Below are positions 1 through 6,517 of a stretch of 6,585 nucleotides of DNA, in pieces. The notes beneath the pieces were generated by a model. The model made no database searches. It was given only the letters and a program-made list of their open reading frames with translations, and was not told where the DNA came from. Positions within the stretch are counted from its first letter, which is position 1; the number at the start of each line of letters is the position of its first letter. This DNA comes from Nitrososphaerota archaeon (GTDB lineage Archaea; Thermoproteota; Nitrososphaeria; Nitrososphaerales; UBA57): the NCBI GenBank assembly GCA_013378385.1, contig JACAFS010000052.1, forward strand, positions 1 through 6,585, written 5' to 3'. Made by a program: the position numbers and the translations under genes.

Positions 1-1
1 A

Positions 2-988
2 ATATTCGACATATGTAATTCAATAGGTTCAATTTCAGTAATTGAGATGTTAATAGAAATAATAAAGAATTCAAAAAGGACTAACCAAATAGAGATAATC
101 ATTAGAAAAAATCATAAGAAAAATATTGAAAATCTATTAAAAGATAAAGAATTTCAACATAAGGTCAAGAGTATTGAAGAATTATCAATTGATGAAATAA
201 CAGAAACAATCAATGATGTTCAAGTTATTTTATTATCAAATACATCATTCGATTCCTTATTTGGATTCAATGGAGGATCCATATCATTAGCAAGGGTATT
301 AAAAGATCCTATAATAAAAGATGCATTCTATGACAAAGAAATTATTTATCCCGAATCTGGAGTTATCACGAATAGAAGCAAGATAGTGCAGAAAAAATAT
401 GAGAAATATAGCAATATAATTTCAATACAAATAATTGAAGATGCAGATGGAATAAGTAATTGTTTGATAGGTAAATTATATGATTCCTATATAGATTCGT
501 CCAAAGTATTAACTAACAATATCAGGCATATTGAGAATAAATTTGAAAGTTGTATTATAAGTTGTGATTATAATAAGAGAAATACTCTAAATGATTCATT
601 AAATGGAATTTGGAATTTATACGATTCAATTGAGAAAAAAGGAAACATCACACTAGTATCAGAATCTCTAGATGGTTTTGGTTCAGATGGACTAAATAAA
701 TATGCAATGAATCAGATAAACACAAAGAATTTAATTAGTAAAAACGAATACATCGAGGGATTAGAAAATCTAATATTTTTAGAAAAGATTAGTCAAGAAT
801 ATTCAATAGACGTTATTTCTACGATACCACACCACTATATTGAAAAAAGATTCAAATTTCGTCCATTTAATACGGTAAATAGTGCATTAAATTCAACGAT
901 TAGGAGAAAAGGAAAAAGAGTAGAAATTGCAATAATTCCACATGCAAATAACATGATTATGAAAATAGGATCTAGTAAAACAGTTTAA
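2..988 (+). CDS. Divergent LarA-like (lactate racemase / DUF2088-family) protein, probably 5'-partial. The first in-window ATG is at 47, but the frame stays open to the window edge.
   Basis: Long ORF ending at TAA 986-988. There is no in-frame stop between position 2 and the ATG at 47 (codons read IFDICNSIGSISVIE-M), so the gene may start upstream of the window. Colinear matches, from my recollection of Lactiplantibacillus plantarum LarA: EIIIRKNHKK ~ ILVATGFHRP; VILLSNTSFDSLFGFNGGSISLARVL ~ DLLISEGFIESHFFAGFSGGRKSVLPGI; CIISCDYNKRNTLNDSLNGIWN...GNITLVSESLDGFGSDGL ~ DIAISTNGGYPLDQNIYQAVKG...GTIIMVAGARDGHGGEGF; C-terminal VEIAIIPHANNMIMKI ~ KVTVIPDGLGVIVK. The coding call is firm. The family assignment is by eye only. 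Confidence 0.6.
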   Translation: MFDICNSIGSISVIEMLIEIIKNSKRTNQIEIIIRKNHKKNIENLLKDKEFQHKVKSIEELSIDEITETINDVQVILLSNTSFDSLFGFNGGSISLARVLKDPIIKDAFYDKEIIYPESGVITNRSKIVQKKYEKYSNIISIQIIEDADGISNCLIGKLYDSYIDSSKVLTNNIRHIENKFESCIISCDYNKRNTLNDSLNGIWNLYDSIEKKGNITLVSESLDGFGSDGLNKYAMNQINTKNLISKNEYIEGLENLIFLEKISQEYSIDVISTIPHHYIEKRFKFRPFNTVNSALNSTIRRKGKRVEIAIIPHANNMIMKIGSSKTV

Positions 989-1013
989 ATTGAACAAGGG
1001 AGAATAATCAATA

Positions 1014-1523
1014 TTGCAGAAGACAGTAACAAATGCAAAAAATAGCACAAGAATAAGGTTTGCTACGTCCAAAGATATAGCAGAAGTTATATCTATAAAT
1101 TTTAAAACATTGCCAGAACATTACTCAAATAGTTTCTTTATGGAATTATTATTAGATTCACCAGAAACATTCGTGGTGGCTGAGAATAATAATAAAATCG
1201 TCGGCTACATAATGTGTAGAATAGAATATGGATTCTCCGTTCTAAAGAAAATGAGTTTAGCGAGAAAAGGCCACGTAGTTTCGTTCGCAGTATTAGATGA
1301 GTATAGAGGCGAAGGAATAGGTAAGAAATTAGCAGAACGAGCAATAGAGGGAATGAAAATAAAGAAATGTAATGAGTCATATTTAGAAGTAAGAACAGAT
1401 AATACACCTGCAATAAAATTATATGAGAATTTAGGATTTAATAAGATTGCAACGTTAAATACATATTATAAAGACGGTAGAAATGCATTTTTGATGTCTG
1501 CAAAACTAAATAGAAACAACTAA
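1014..1523 (+). CDS. ard1: GNAT-family N-terminal (N-alpha) acetyltransferase, archaeal Ard1/Naa10 type (often annotated RimI)
   Basis: The 169-aa ORF is colinear with Sulfolobus Ard1 as I recall it: TLPEHY ~ TLPENY, VGYIMCRIEYGF ~ VGYIMPRIEWGF, RKGHVVSFAVLDEYRGEGIG ~ RKGHVVSIAVLEEYRRKGIA, YLEVRTDNTPAIKLYENLGF ~ YLEVRVSNYPAIALYEKLNF, YYKDGRNAFLM ~ YYADGEDAYLM. The acetyl-CoA motif RxxGxG is present (RGEGIG). The start must be TTG 1014, because an in-frame TAA lies at 1005-1007 and the next in-frame ATG is inside the conserved fold. Confidence 0.9.
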   Translation: MQKTVTNAKNSTRIRFATSKDIAEVISINFKTLPEHYSNSFFMELLLDSPETFVVAENNNKIVGYIMCRIEYGFSVLKKMSLARKGHVVSFAVLDEYRGEGIGKKLAERAIEGMKIKKCNESYLEVRTDNTPAIKLYENLGFNKIATLNTYYKDGRNAFLMSAKLNRNN

Positions 1524-1527
1524 TAGT

Positions 1528-2331
1528 TTACTTAATTACCTCAATATCAAACACAATTTGATACCAACCAGGGCCTATATGCTTAACAATTCTAGATGAT
1601 GCAATTCTAGATCGCTCATCTAATTCCTTTGATATAATATTATTACAATTCATCAGTATATTGTCATCAGAAGAATTAAGATGTGCATATAAATGAATCC
1701 AGCCACGTTTATGAATCATAGTCAAAGCGTCGTCAATAAATTCAGTAGATTTTTCAGGCAAAGGCATTATTACACGTGAAAAATCTGGAGACAACTGATT
1801 TTGAATAATTTCATGAGCATCGCCGCAGATAGAAGTGATGTTATTAATTTTATTTAGCAGATAATTATCTAGAGCGTATTCTGACGCAATAGGATTAATT
1901 TCTATATCAGTAATCTTACAAGATGGTTGAAACTTTGAAATTACAATAGAAAATGGCCCAATTCCTGCAAACATATTGAGTATTTTTTCATCAGGTTGTA
2001 CAAGTTGTGCAATTCTTAATCGTTCATTTGACAACCGTGGAGAGAAATATACTTTTGACACGTCTATAAGAAACTGACAGCCAGATTCTTTATAGATAGT
2101 AACAGGATCCTCAATTCCAGAAAGATAAGACATAGATTTTACACGAAATTCTCCTTTTACGCCACTTTCTTGTAGATATATTGATCTTATATTTTTCAAA
2201 CTATTAATAATTAAATCAGATATTTCCATTTTTTCAGATAGAAATTCAGATTTAATTTTTATAATAGCAATTTCACCGATAATGTCCATTCCAGAAAGAT
2301 ATTTTTTATAATTTTTATCTAATAATTCCAT
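1528..2331 (-). CDS. trm5: Trm5/Taw2 (Met-10+) family SAM-dependent tRNA position-37 modification enzyme, most likely tRNA (guanine37-N1)-methyltransferase. Short form without an N-terminal D1 domain.
   Basis: The 267-aa ORF carries Met-10+ family hallmarks: DIIGEIAIIKI near the N-terminus, GEFRV, VYFSPRLSNERLRIAQLV, the SAM-binding motif I NMFAGIGPFSIV, DIEINP, and VIMPLPEKSTEFIDDAL...GWIHLY (compare VIMNLP...GGVIHYY in M. jannaschii Trm5, as I recall it). I cannot separate Trm5 from Taw2 by eye. Confidence 0.8.
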   Translation of the reverse strand: MELLDKNYKKYLSGMDIIGEIAIIKIKSEFLSEKMEISDLIINSLKNIRSIYLQESGVKGEFRVKSMSYLSGIEDPVTIYKESGCQFLIDVSKVYFSPRLSNERLRIAQLVQPDEKILNMFAGIGPFSIVISKFQPSCKITDIEINPIASEYALDNYLLNKINNITSICGDAHEIIQNQLSPDFSRVIMPLPEKSTEFIDDALTMIHKRGWIHLYAHLNSSDDNILMNCNNIISKELDERSRIASSRIVKHIGPGWYQIVFDIEVIK

Positions 2332-2348
2332 AATTAATCAAATATTCA

Positions 2349-4160
2349 TTATTCAGATTTGGATAGATAATAATATTGATTATTATTCTTCTGCTCTTTA
2401 TCTAAACGGCTATTATTTTTATTCACTCTTGGACGTCCTGATTCAATATCACGTCTATATGTAATCTGTAATTGTTTAAGAAATTTATTCATTGAATCGT
2501 GTTTATTGGTAGGAGCGTGTGCAATACCATTTACGCCATTATTTCCGTTAAACAATAACAATGAATCACTCAGAATATCTATTAATTGAATATCATGATC
2601 AATAATTATAGCAGATTTATTATTTGATTTAATGAATTTTTGTACAGATCGAGCCAATACTATACGATCTTCCACATCAATAAATGCAGAAGGTTCGTCT
2701 AATGCATAAATATCTGCATCTTTCATCAAACAAATTGCTATTGCAACTTTTTGTAGTTCTCCTCCACTAAGTGTATTGACATTTTTTTCAAATATTTTAT
2801 TAATAGACAAAGGTAGAATTATTTCATTATTAAATATCTCATCTTCTATTTGAGAACCTTGTGAATATAAGAGATTTCTCACATTATCTGAATAATTAGA
2901 ATCTAAATATTGGGGTTTGTATGAGATCTTTATCTTAGTTTCCATATTATCTTGATCGGATTTTTCTATACCTGAGAGGATTTTCATAAAAGTGGTTTTT
3001 CCAAGTGCATTGCCCCCAATAATTCCGAGAACTTGTCCCTGAAGTATTTTACCAGATGAAACTTTGAGATTAAAATTATCATATGTCTTACTAAATTCAT
3101 CATATTCAATGACTGACGGAGTATCCTCATGAAGTTCTGGAGGCGAATATACGTTAAATTGAATCTTAGTATTACGAAATTTTATATTTTCAGTAGGAAG
3201 ATAGCCTTCTATCAAATTATTAATTCCTGTACGAGTTGAACTGGATGATGAAACTATTCCATAGGCGCCAGCTTCCCCATATAAAATATGAATGTAATCA
3301 CTCAGATAATCAAGAAATGTAATGTCATGTTCAATTAGAATTACACTTTTTCCCTTATCTGATAGACCTCTTATAGTATTCGATACAGCTAAACGTTGAA
3401 AAACATCATTATAAGAAGATGGCTCGTCAAAGAAATAAACGTCGGCGTCTTTTACTGCTGCAACTGCAATAGATAATCTTTGTAATTCGCCGCCGCTAAG
3501 ATCATTAACAGGTTTGTTTATACATTCGGTAAGATTTAATTCGTCAATAATATTAGAAGAAAAATTACTATTCGGAATACTTTCAAGTAAAGATAAGCCA
3601 TCAGATTTCCAATAGTCTTTTAATTTATAGACTGCCTGAGGTTTTATAGAAATTGATAATTCTTTATTAATTATTTTTTTAAAATGTGTAATCAATTCAG
3701 TTCCTTGAAAATGATTCAAAACATCATCCCAAGTTGCATTGTTATCTTCATAATTTCCAAGATTAGGTTTTAAATTACCTGAAAGAATATTAAGTGCGGT
3801 TGTTTTTCCAACACCGTTTTTTCCAACTAAGCCAACTACTTTACCAGGTATAGGTATAGGTAATCTATAAAGACGGAATGAATTTACGCCATACTGATGT
3901 ATTTTCTCGTAGCCGAGTTCATGTGGCATATTTACAATAGTAATTGCGTCAAATGGACATTTATTTACACAAATTCCACAACCATTGCATAATGATTCAC
4001 TAATCAAAGCTTTGTCATCAGAATCTAAAATAATACATTCACTTCCGGATTTATTTACCGGGCAGAAATTAATGCATTCCAGATGACATTTTTTTGACAA
4101 ACAATTGTCTTTGTCTAATGCGGCAATTCTATGTGAATTAGAAATAATAGGAAGATCCAT
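2349..4160 (-). CDS. abce1: ABCE1 / RNase L inhibitor (RLI) homologue: ribosome-recycling twin-ABC ATPase with an N-terminal di-[4Fe-4S] domain
   Basis: 603 aa. The N-terminus has CX4CX3CX3CP (C20-C33) and CX2CX2CX3CP (C58-C68) ferredoxin-like motifs. There are two ABC cassettes: Walker A GLVGKNGVGKTT and GIIGGNALGKTT, signature LSGGELQR and LSGGELQK, Walker B VYFFDEPSS and IYALDEPSA. The C-terminal RPRVNK...DKEQK...YYY tail is typical of ABCE1. Confidence 0.95.
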   Translation of the reverse strand: MDLPIISNSHRIAALDKDNCLSKKCHLECINFCPVNKSGSECIILDSDDKALISESLCNGCGICVNKCPFDAITIVNMPHELGYEKIHQYGVNSFRLYRLPIPIPGKVVGLVGKNGVGKTTALNILSGNLKPNLGNYEDNNATWDDVLNHFQGTELITHFKKIINKELSISIKPQAVYKLKDYWKSDGLSLLESIPNSNFSSNIIDELNLTECINKPVNDLSGGELQRLSIAVAAVKDADVYFFDEPSSYNDVFQRLAVSNTIRGLSDKGKSVILIEHDITFLDYLSDYIHILYGEAGAYGIVSSSSSTRTGINNLIEGYLPTENIKFRNTKIQFNVYSPPELHEDTPSVIEYDEFSKTYDNFNLKVSSGKILQGQVLGIIGGNALGKTTFMKILSGIEKSDQDNMETKIKISYKPQYLDSNYSDNVRNLLYSQGSQIEDEIFNNEIILPLSINKIFEKNVNTLSGGELQKVAIAICLMKDADIYALDEPSAFIDVEDRIVLARSVQKFIKSNNKSAIIIDHDIQLIDILSDSLLLFNGNNGVNGIAHAPTNKHDSMNKFLKQLQITYRRDIESGRPRVNKNNSRLDKEQKNNNQYYYLSKSE

Positions 4161-4183
4161 ATGAATCAGTTGTTTTTTATTTC

Positions 4184-4192
4184 TATATATAA
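4184..4192 (-). promoter_or_regulatory. Candidate TATA box (minus strand TTATATATA, preceded by the purine-rich BRE-like GGAAATAA) for abce1. It predicts an essentially leaderless mRNA.
   Basis: The minus strand reads ggaaataaTTATATATAgaaataaaaaacaactgattc-ATG. The TATA centre at about 4188 lies about 26-28 nt upstream of the ATG (A at 4160). This is the usual archaeal TATA-to-TSS distance, so transcription would start at or within a few nt of the start codon. Confidence 0.5.
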
Positions 4193-4206
4193 TTATTTCC
4201 GAAATC

Positions 4207-4217
4207 TTTTTTATATT
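4207..4217 (+). promoter_or_regulatory. Candidate TATA box (TTTTTTATATT, preceded by cGAAAtc as a possible BRE) for cdc48
   Basis: This is the only strong T/A-box on the + strand at a suitable distance from ATG 4252. A centre near 4212 predicts a TSS near 4237-4241 and a leader of about 11-15 nt. Confidence 0.45.
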
Positions 4218-4226
4218 ACAAAGTCT

Positions 4227-4245
4227 TACTCACTTATAGTGAGTA
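4227..4245. repeat. Perfect inverted repeat TACTCAC-ttata-GTGAGTA. It is a candidate operator or 5'-leader hairpin at the cdc48 transcription start.
   Basis: Read directly: 4227-4233 tactcac, 4234-4238 ttata, 4239-4245 gtgagta (exact reverse complement). It is the most G/C-containing element in an otherwise A/T-only spacer. It sits between the candidate TATA box and ATG 4252. Confidence 0.5.
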
Positions 4246-4251
4246 TCTTAA

Positions 4252-6423
4252 ATGAGCGAATCTGATGTAACACTAAAAGTTTTAGAGGCATATACAAGAG
4301 ATGTAGGAAGAGGCGTAGCTAGAATTGACTATGAAGCAATGGATGTATTAGATGCATCTACAGGTGATATTATAGAAATTAAAGGTAAGAGAAACACGGT
4401 AGCAAAATGCCTCCCATTATATCCTTCAGATGAGGGAAGAGGAGTAATCAGAATTGATGGATTAATTAGAAATAACTCAGGAGTAGCAATTAGTGATACT
4501 GTTACAATTAAAAAAATTAAAGCGCCTCCTGCAGAAAAAGTAGTAGTAGCGCCATTAGAATCAATACCACCAATAGATGAGAGATACTTGGCAGATGCAT
4601 TAGAAAGTGTTCCAGTTACTAAGGGAGATAATATAATGATACCATATTTTGGAGGCAGATTAACATTTCAGATCGTAGGGGTAACACCAATGAGTGATGC
4701 AGTATTAATCACCCAACGAACAGTATTTTCAATCTCTGAGAAAGGAGAATCAGCAAAAGGAGTATCCCCAGTAAATTATGAAGATATTGGCGGGTTGAGA
4801 AATGAAATTAGAAAAGTAAGGGAGATGATTGAACTTCCATTAAGACATCCTGAGATATTTGAAAAATTAGGAGTGAAAGCGCCAAAAGGAATTTTGCTTT
4901 ATGGACCTCCTGGAACAGGAAAAACACTATTAGCAAAAGCAGTTGCATATGAAAGTAGCGCTCATTTCATTAGTATTAGTGGACCAGAAATCATGAGTAA
5001 ATTCTATGGTGAATCGGAAGCAAGGTTAAGAGAAATATTCAAAGAGGGAAAAGAAAAAGCGCCAACTATAATATTCATAGATGAAATTGATTCAATAGCG
5101 CCAAAAAGAGAAGAAGTAACTGGAGAAGTTGAACGTCGTGTAGTTAGTCAACTTTTGTCGTTAATGGATGGACTAGAAGGAAGAGGAGAAGTCATAATTG
5201 TAGCAGCAACAAATAGACCAAATGCAATAGATCCTGCATTAAGAAGACCTGGAAGATTCGATAGAGAAATAGAAATTAAAGTACCTGACAAAATTGGAAG
5301 AGAAGAAATACTAGCAATTCATTCGAGGGAAATGCCTCTTGACGAAGATGTAGACATTGACGAATTAGCATCAAAAACACACGGATATGTGGGTGCAGAT
5401 CTAGAAGGTTTATGTAAAGAAGGTGCAATGAAGACACTAAGAAGACTACTTCCTGATATGAAATTTGACGAAGAAAAAATATCTCCAGAATTTTTAGAAA
5501 AAATCACAATAATAATGGATGATTTCAACAAAGCATTGAGAGATATAACACCATCAGCTATGAGAGAAGTTTACATCGAGACACCAGATGTAGATTGGAC
5601 AGAAATTGGTGGTTTGGACAGTGTTAGAAAAGAGATACAAGAAGCAGTAGAATGGCCTTTAAAGTATCCAGATGCATATGAAAAAATCGGTTATTCAATG
5701 CCAAAGGGCGTAATGTTACATGGACCATCAGGTACAGGAAAAACATTGATTGCAAAAGCGGTTGCGAAAGAAAGTGGAGCGAATTTCATAAGTGTCAGAG
5801 GACCAGAATTACTTTCAAAATGGGTTGGAGAATCAGAAAGAGGAATAAGAGAAGTGTTTAGAAGAGCAAGGCAAGCATCACCTTGTGTAATATTCTTTGA
5901 TGAACTAGATTCAATAGCGCCACTAAGAGGTGCATCGGGAGATAGTCAAGTTTCAGAGCGAGTAGTAAGTCAACTATTAACAGAATTGGATGGAATACAA
6001 TCATTAGATAGTGTATTGGTGTTAGCTGCAACAAATAGAATAGACATGATTGATCCTGCATTAATAAGATCTGGAAGATTTGATAAACTACTATACATTG
6101 GACAACCAGAAAAAGAAGCAAGAGTAAAGATTTTAGAGATTCATACTAAAGGTAAACCACTAAGTAATGAAGTCAATATACCAAAAATTGCAGAAATAAC
6201 AGAAGGATTCAGTGGAGCGGATCTAGCATCAGTTGTAAATACGGCAGTTTCGAGCGTATTGCAGAATTTTGTAAGTAAATACAATCCAGAAGAGGCAAAA
6301 GAACATATAAAAGAAGCAATAGTAAAAATGGAGGATTTTGAGACAGCAGTAAGAAAAGTTAAAACTTCAAGAGATGGAAGACCTATAGAGAAATCACCTG
6401 TAACATCATCACTCTTCAAATAA
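4252..6423 (+). CDS. cdc48: Cdc48/VCP/VAT-type AAA+ ATPase (N domain + D1 + D2 unfoldase)
   Basis: 723 aa. The N-terminal double-psi-barrel signature is present ([27 protein letters not shown]...[18 protein letters not shown]). D1 has Walker A GPPGTGKT (aa 218-225, nt 4903-4926), Walker [10 protein letters not shown] and pore loop KFYGESE. D2 has Walker A GPSGTGKT (aa 491-498), Walker [10 protein letters not shown] and pore loop KWVGESE. Arginine-finger regions are [10 protein letters not shown] and [10 protein letters not shown]. Confidence 0.95.
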   Translation: MSESDVTLKVLEAYTRDVGRGVARIDYEAMDVLDASTGDIIEIKGKRNTVAKCLPLYPSDEGRGVIRIDGLIRNNSGVAISDTVTIKKIKAPPAEKVVVAPLESIPPIDERYLADALESVPVTKGDNIMIPYFGGRLTFQIVGVTPMSDAVLITQRTVFSISEKGESAKGVSPVNYEDIGGLRNEIRKVREMIELPLRHPEIFEKLGVKAPKGILLYGPPGTGKTLLAKAVAYESSAHFISISGPEIMSKFYGESEARLREIFKEGKEKAPTIIFIDEIDSIAPKREEVTGEVERRVVSQLLSLMDGLEGRGEVIIVAATNRPNAIDPALRRPGRFDREIEIKVPDKIGREEILAIHSREMPLDEDVDIDELASKTHGYVGADLEGLCKEGAMKTLRRLLPDMKFDEEKISPEFLEKITIIMDDFNKALRDITPSAMREVYIETPDVDWTEIGGLDSVRKEIQEAVEWPLKYPDAYEKIGYSMPKGVMLHGPSGTGKTLIAKAVAKESGANFISVRGPELLSKWVGESERGIREVFRRARQASPCVIFFDELDSIAPLRGASGDSQVSERVVSQLLTELDGIQSLDSVLVLAATNRIDMIDPALIRSGRFDKLLYIGQPEKEARVKILEIHTKGKPLSNEVNIPKIAEITEGFSGADLASVVNTAVSSVLQNFVSKYNPEEAKEHIKEAIVKMEDFETAVRKVKTSRDGRPIEKSPVTSSLFK

Positions 6424-6465
6424 ATTATTATAAATAAAATATATTAATCCTCGACGCAATATGGC

Positions 6466-6471
6466 TTTTTT
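6466..6471 (+). terminator. Oligo-T tract (T6), a candidate archaeal intrinsic termination signal for cdc48. A second T5 run lies at 6489-6493.
   Basis: ggcTTTTTTatt lies 43 nt after the cdc48 stop codon. Archaeal RNA polymerase terminates at oligo-dT runs without needing a hairpin. Confidence 0.4.
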
Positions 6472-6483
6472 ATTATTCTTATA

Positions 6484-6517
6484 TATTCTTTTTAATTACG
6501 AGAAAATTAAAAGAATA
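6484..6517. repeat. AT-rich imperfect inverted repeat: tattcttttt-aatt / aatt-aaaagaata, a 13-bp stem with one bulged T and the 7-nt loop acgagaa. The TATTCTT unit also occurs once more as a direct copy at 6474-6480.
   Basis: Read directly: 6484-6497 tattctttttaatt pairs with 6505-6517 aattaaaagaata. Only one G:C pair is present, so a hairpin would be weak. Confidence 0.4.
6489..6496 (+). promoter_or_regulatory. Candidate TATA box (TTTTTAAT) for a downstream gene starting at ATG 6517
   Basis: A centre near 6492 lies about 25-27 nt upstream of ATG 6517-6519, which is the spacing expected for a leaderless archaeal transcript. The region is so AT-rich that a chance match is likely. Confidence 0.25.

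Noticed and set aside
1138-1413. 91-aa minus-strand ORF inside the acetyltransferase gene
   Set aside because: It lies wholly antisense to a CDS with strong homology. Its Leu/Phe/Tyr-rich low-complexity translation is typical of a shadow ORF in AT-rich DNA, and it has no promoter or recognisable motif.
4236-4245. A 10-nt match (TATAGTGAGT) to the complement of the phage T7 promoter, hinting at vector contamination
   Set aside because: The match stops after 10 nt and the flanking CGTATTA / CCC is absent. It arises from the local palindrome, and the surrounding sequence is continuous native-looking AT-rich archaeal DNA.
4161-4265. 34-aa + strand ORF ([34 protein letters not shown]) spanning the whole abce1-cdc48 intergenic region
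   Set aside because: Its ATG abuts the abce1 start (CATATG), so there is no room for a promoter. It reads through both TATA boxes and into cdc48 out of frame. Its composition simply reflects translated AT-rich spacer.
5319-6419. Three minus-strand ORFs (5319-5531, 5858-6121, 6141-6419) antisense to cdc48
   Set aside because: All are embedded in the well-supported cdc48 reading frame and give low-complexity Ser/Leu/Ile-rich translations. They are frame-shadow artefacts rather than genes.
4252-6423. Possibility of an intein or an extra inserted domain in cdc48 (or in abce1)
   Set aside because: Both proteins have canonical lengths (723 and 603 aa). Their Walker A/B, pore-loop and signature motifs are uninterrupted and spaced as expected, and there are no Cys/Ser...HN splice-junction blocks.
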